A DNA stretch of 63,976 nucleotides, counting the filler, from Octopus bimaculoides (lineage: Eukaryota), in NCBI RefSeq assembly GCF_001194135.2. It is 12 parts of 9 records of this genome, joined end to end, with 100 filler letters (N's around TTAATTAATTAA, not from the genome) between each part and the next. Parts side by side here need not be neighbours in the genome. Positions count along the whole stretch, not along the records: positions 60,637 to 62,633 come from NC_068982.1; positions 62,734 to 63,976 come from NW_026387008.1; 10 more parts are not named here. One strand, written 5' to 3'. Within the stretch, counting starts at the first letter, position 1; each line of letters opens with the position of its first letter. The translations under genes were made by a program, and so were the position numbers. This document shows positions 61,232-63,976 of this stretch, one piece after another. The notes under the pieces were generated by a model that saw nothing but the letters and a program-made list of their open reading frames with translations, was not told the origin of the DNA and did no database searches.

Positions 61232-62402
61232 TTTTTACATAGTTCATATTCCTGTCTTGACATATTCTGGATACTCATGTTGCTTAATCTTTTGTTTGTT
61301 CTGTGTATCATATATGATAACCAGAACATATTTCTCACTCGTCCATGCATCTTATAAATGCACGTACCCATTTTTTTTTTAAACCACCAGAATAATTTGG
61401 GACTTATGAGAGGAAAGCTGTATATTACTCAGGACATATGGAACAAGGACTAACAAAATGTTTGAAAACCAGCATGGACATTTAGGACAAATTTATAGAA
61501 CTGATTTGGACAGGCAAAGGGTTAAGCACTCAGATATCTCCATTTAATTTTTGATAAATTGAAATTTCGGAATTCTCCCCTTTACCTTTTTTGAGAAGAA
61601 TTTTCATTAACGCAAAATACTATTCTTCTCATTACGGGTATAATTACAATTGATTAAAAGTTAAGTTCAGCTTACCATAATTAAGTGTAGAAACCTGCAC
61701 TTAATTTTGTTTTCTTTGGAAAGTGTTACATTTTGCCTCTAAGCGCGACTTCTTTCTTTTCTTTCAATGATTTCCATTCATTTTCGCTTTTTTAAAAAAT
61801 TTATATATTCTCTCGTTCAACAGTTTTGACGTCGCCCTTTCATTTCACTTAGTTATTAAAATAAAGAAAAATGAAGAAAACCAATCTTGCATCTATTTAC
61901 ACAATGCATCTATTTAATCAATGCTAAGCTGTAATTTATTTCACTAATTATTACTAATCTTCTGTGTAATCTCTTATCGTAATCTTGAAACAAGATCTCA
62001 ATATTCTATACTTCATATACTTTGATATTAGGTCTGATATCAACATTAGTATGACAAATCAACGAGGGAGCATCTGCGTGGTCGTTTGATCTGCTAGAAA
62101 TAGCAGTCAAAACTCTCTTAAATCACACCCTGCTATATTAGGATTAAAGAAAGAAACATGTAAGAATACACTGCATCCTAACAAAAATAATGGCAAGATC
62201 ACGACTTAAGTGTGATTTTGAACATAGGCCTACTCCAGTGCAGATGGCTTTGTACTAAAAACTACATGAACAGTAATAATGGCGACAACACCAACAAAAA
62301 TTACGTCAGCGTCTAAAATTCATTGTAAGCGCAAGAAAAAAAAAGCAAAACAAGAAAACAAAACAAAACAAGAAGTATGCATTAGAAAAATCAAAATTAA
62401 TT

Positions 62403-62633
62403 TCATCATCATCATCATCATCGTTTAACGTCCGCTTTCCATGCTAGCATGGGTTGGACGATTTGACTGAGGACTGGTGAAACCGGATGGCAACACCAGG
62501 CTCCAGTCTGATTTGGCAGAGTTTCTACAGCTGGATGCCCTTCCTAACGCCAACCACTCAGAGAGTGTAGTGGGTGCTTTTACGTGTCACCCGCACGAAA
62601 ACGGCCACGCTCGAAATGGTGTCTTTTATGTGC
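62403..62633 (-). mobile_element. RTE-associated SINE, young copy
   Basis: (CAT)n CGTTTAACGTCCGCTTTCCATGCTAGCATGGGTTGGACG...CAGCTGGATGCCCTTCCTAACGCC. Confidence 0.9.
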
Positions 62634-63329
62634 NNNNNNNNNNNNNNNNNNNNNNNNNNNNNNNNNNNNNNNNNNNNTTAATTAATTAANNNNNNNNNNN
62701 NNNNNNNNNNNNNNNNNNNNNNNNNNNNNNNNNTCTGGTAAAATCCCATCAGGAACAGGGGAACCTCTCTCTCACAATTCAGGAAGAATTTGATCCACTG
62801 AAACCTGCATTTGTATTAAGTAAGACCAGTGTGCTAGCACTAAAGCAAATATGCAAATATGCAGCTTTTATTTCCAAATTATTGCCTGATGCACCTTCAT
62901 CCCCCCTTTTCCCTACTAATCCTTTACTGTTATTGAATGTTTGTTTCTTGTTCATTTGTTTTCCTTGTAATTATGCAATTAATATATCATTCAAATTCAT
63001 TTTCATGCACTTTTCCCATTTCAATTATTGAGCTGAATCCCCCGTTTTCAATCCAGTACATACCTTAGTCGTATGTACAGAAAATTGAAATAAACATGTC
63101 CTGTAATAAGTTTTTTCTTTTCCTCAAATACTTTTTAACTTATGTTTTATTTTAGAGTAGACAGTTATCTCCCAATTTAAAAACTGGGAAATAAATTATT
63201 TCAAGGTTACACCACCAACTCTACAGTTTCTATTCTCCTTCATTCATTTTTTTTTGCTCGGCTTCAAAGGACAATTTCTCTGTCATTTATTTGTGACAAA
63301 ATCTCCAGCTAAACACTCCAATATGTATA

Positions 63330-63545
63330 TATCTGTGTGTCTTTGTGTCTGTGTTTGTCCCTCACTCCACCACTTGACAACCATGTTGGTGTGTTTACTT
63401 CCCCATAACTTAGCGGTTTGTCAAAAGACACCAATAGAATAGAATAAGTACCAGGTTCAAAAAAAGTACTGGGGTCAATTCATTTGACTAAAAGTTCCAC
63501 AAGGTTATGCCCCAGCATGGTCGCAGTCGAATGACTGAAACCACC
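63330..63545 (+). mobile_element. CORE-type SINE tail
   Basis: CACTTGACAACC...TAACTTAGCGGTTTG...CAGCATGGTCGCAGTCGAATGACTGAAAC. Confidence 0.85.
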
Positions 63546-63976
63546 ATCTCATCAGATATTAGGAGGCAGACATCAACTTTTTATTAAATACATGTAACTC
63601 CAACCAAATGTGTTGAATGCTGCTTGATTTCGTTCCTTCACTCACTCGTGCACACACACACACAGAAACACCATCTTGAGATCAATTAGATATTCTGAGA
63701 ATCTTTTCCCCCATTATTCATAACTGTTTCTCTCATTTTCCTATTCTTTAATACTAACATCTAAACAACCACCACAATAGGTTGTCAGCTATATTTTGAC
63801 TAATGAATGAATTTCAAGTTTCTTTATGTTGATTGATCCTCTGATTGTCCTTGAATGCCAAATGCTTGCTACACACACACACACACACATATATTTGCTG
63901 ATATTTTTAATTTCCTGTTTTTGTCCAGTTACCCAAAACTAATACAATTGTCAAAATGAATGTTTTCCATGGTCCT

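Noticed and set aside
62734-62819. Open frames on both strands next to a gap (LVKSHQEQG...; FQWIKFFLNCERE...)
   Set aside because: Truncated by the gap, strand ambiguous, no family match.

Overview
This window is AT-rich, microsatellite-saturated, gap-ridden eukaryotic DNA. The repeat families resemble octopus tRNA-derived SINEs, so the source is probably an Octopus draft assembly (inference, not a database match). I found no complete or nameable host gene. Almost all long ORFs in the track are microsatellite or N-run artefacts. The recognisable peptide fragments come from transposons: Tc1 (one full-length with TIRs and TA TSD), mariner, Helitron helicase, RTE/BovB, CR1-like, R4-like RLE, Tx1-like ORF1 and Penelope GIY-YIG. 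The window also holds at least five SINE families, hAT, pogo and mariner MITEs (including a nested hAT pair with 8-bp TSDs), and a solo LTR with a 5-bp TSD. The most interesting signal is a set of minimal type I hammerhead ribozyme motifs (CUGANGA-A-stem II-GAAA-palindromic ACGU-H) in two Penelope-related non-autonomous repeat families. One pair lies as direct repeats 730 nt apart, a retrozyme-like layout. Other notable items are several long, G:U-biased RNA hairpins (pre-miRNA or ADAR-substrate candidates), a possible terminal exon at 2731-2866, and a candidate exonised antisense SINE.
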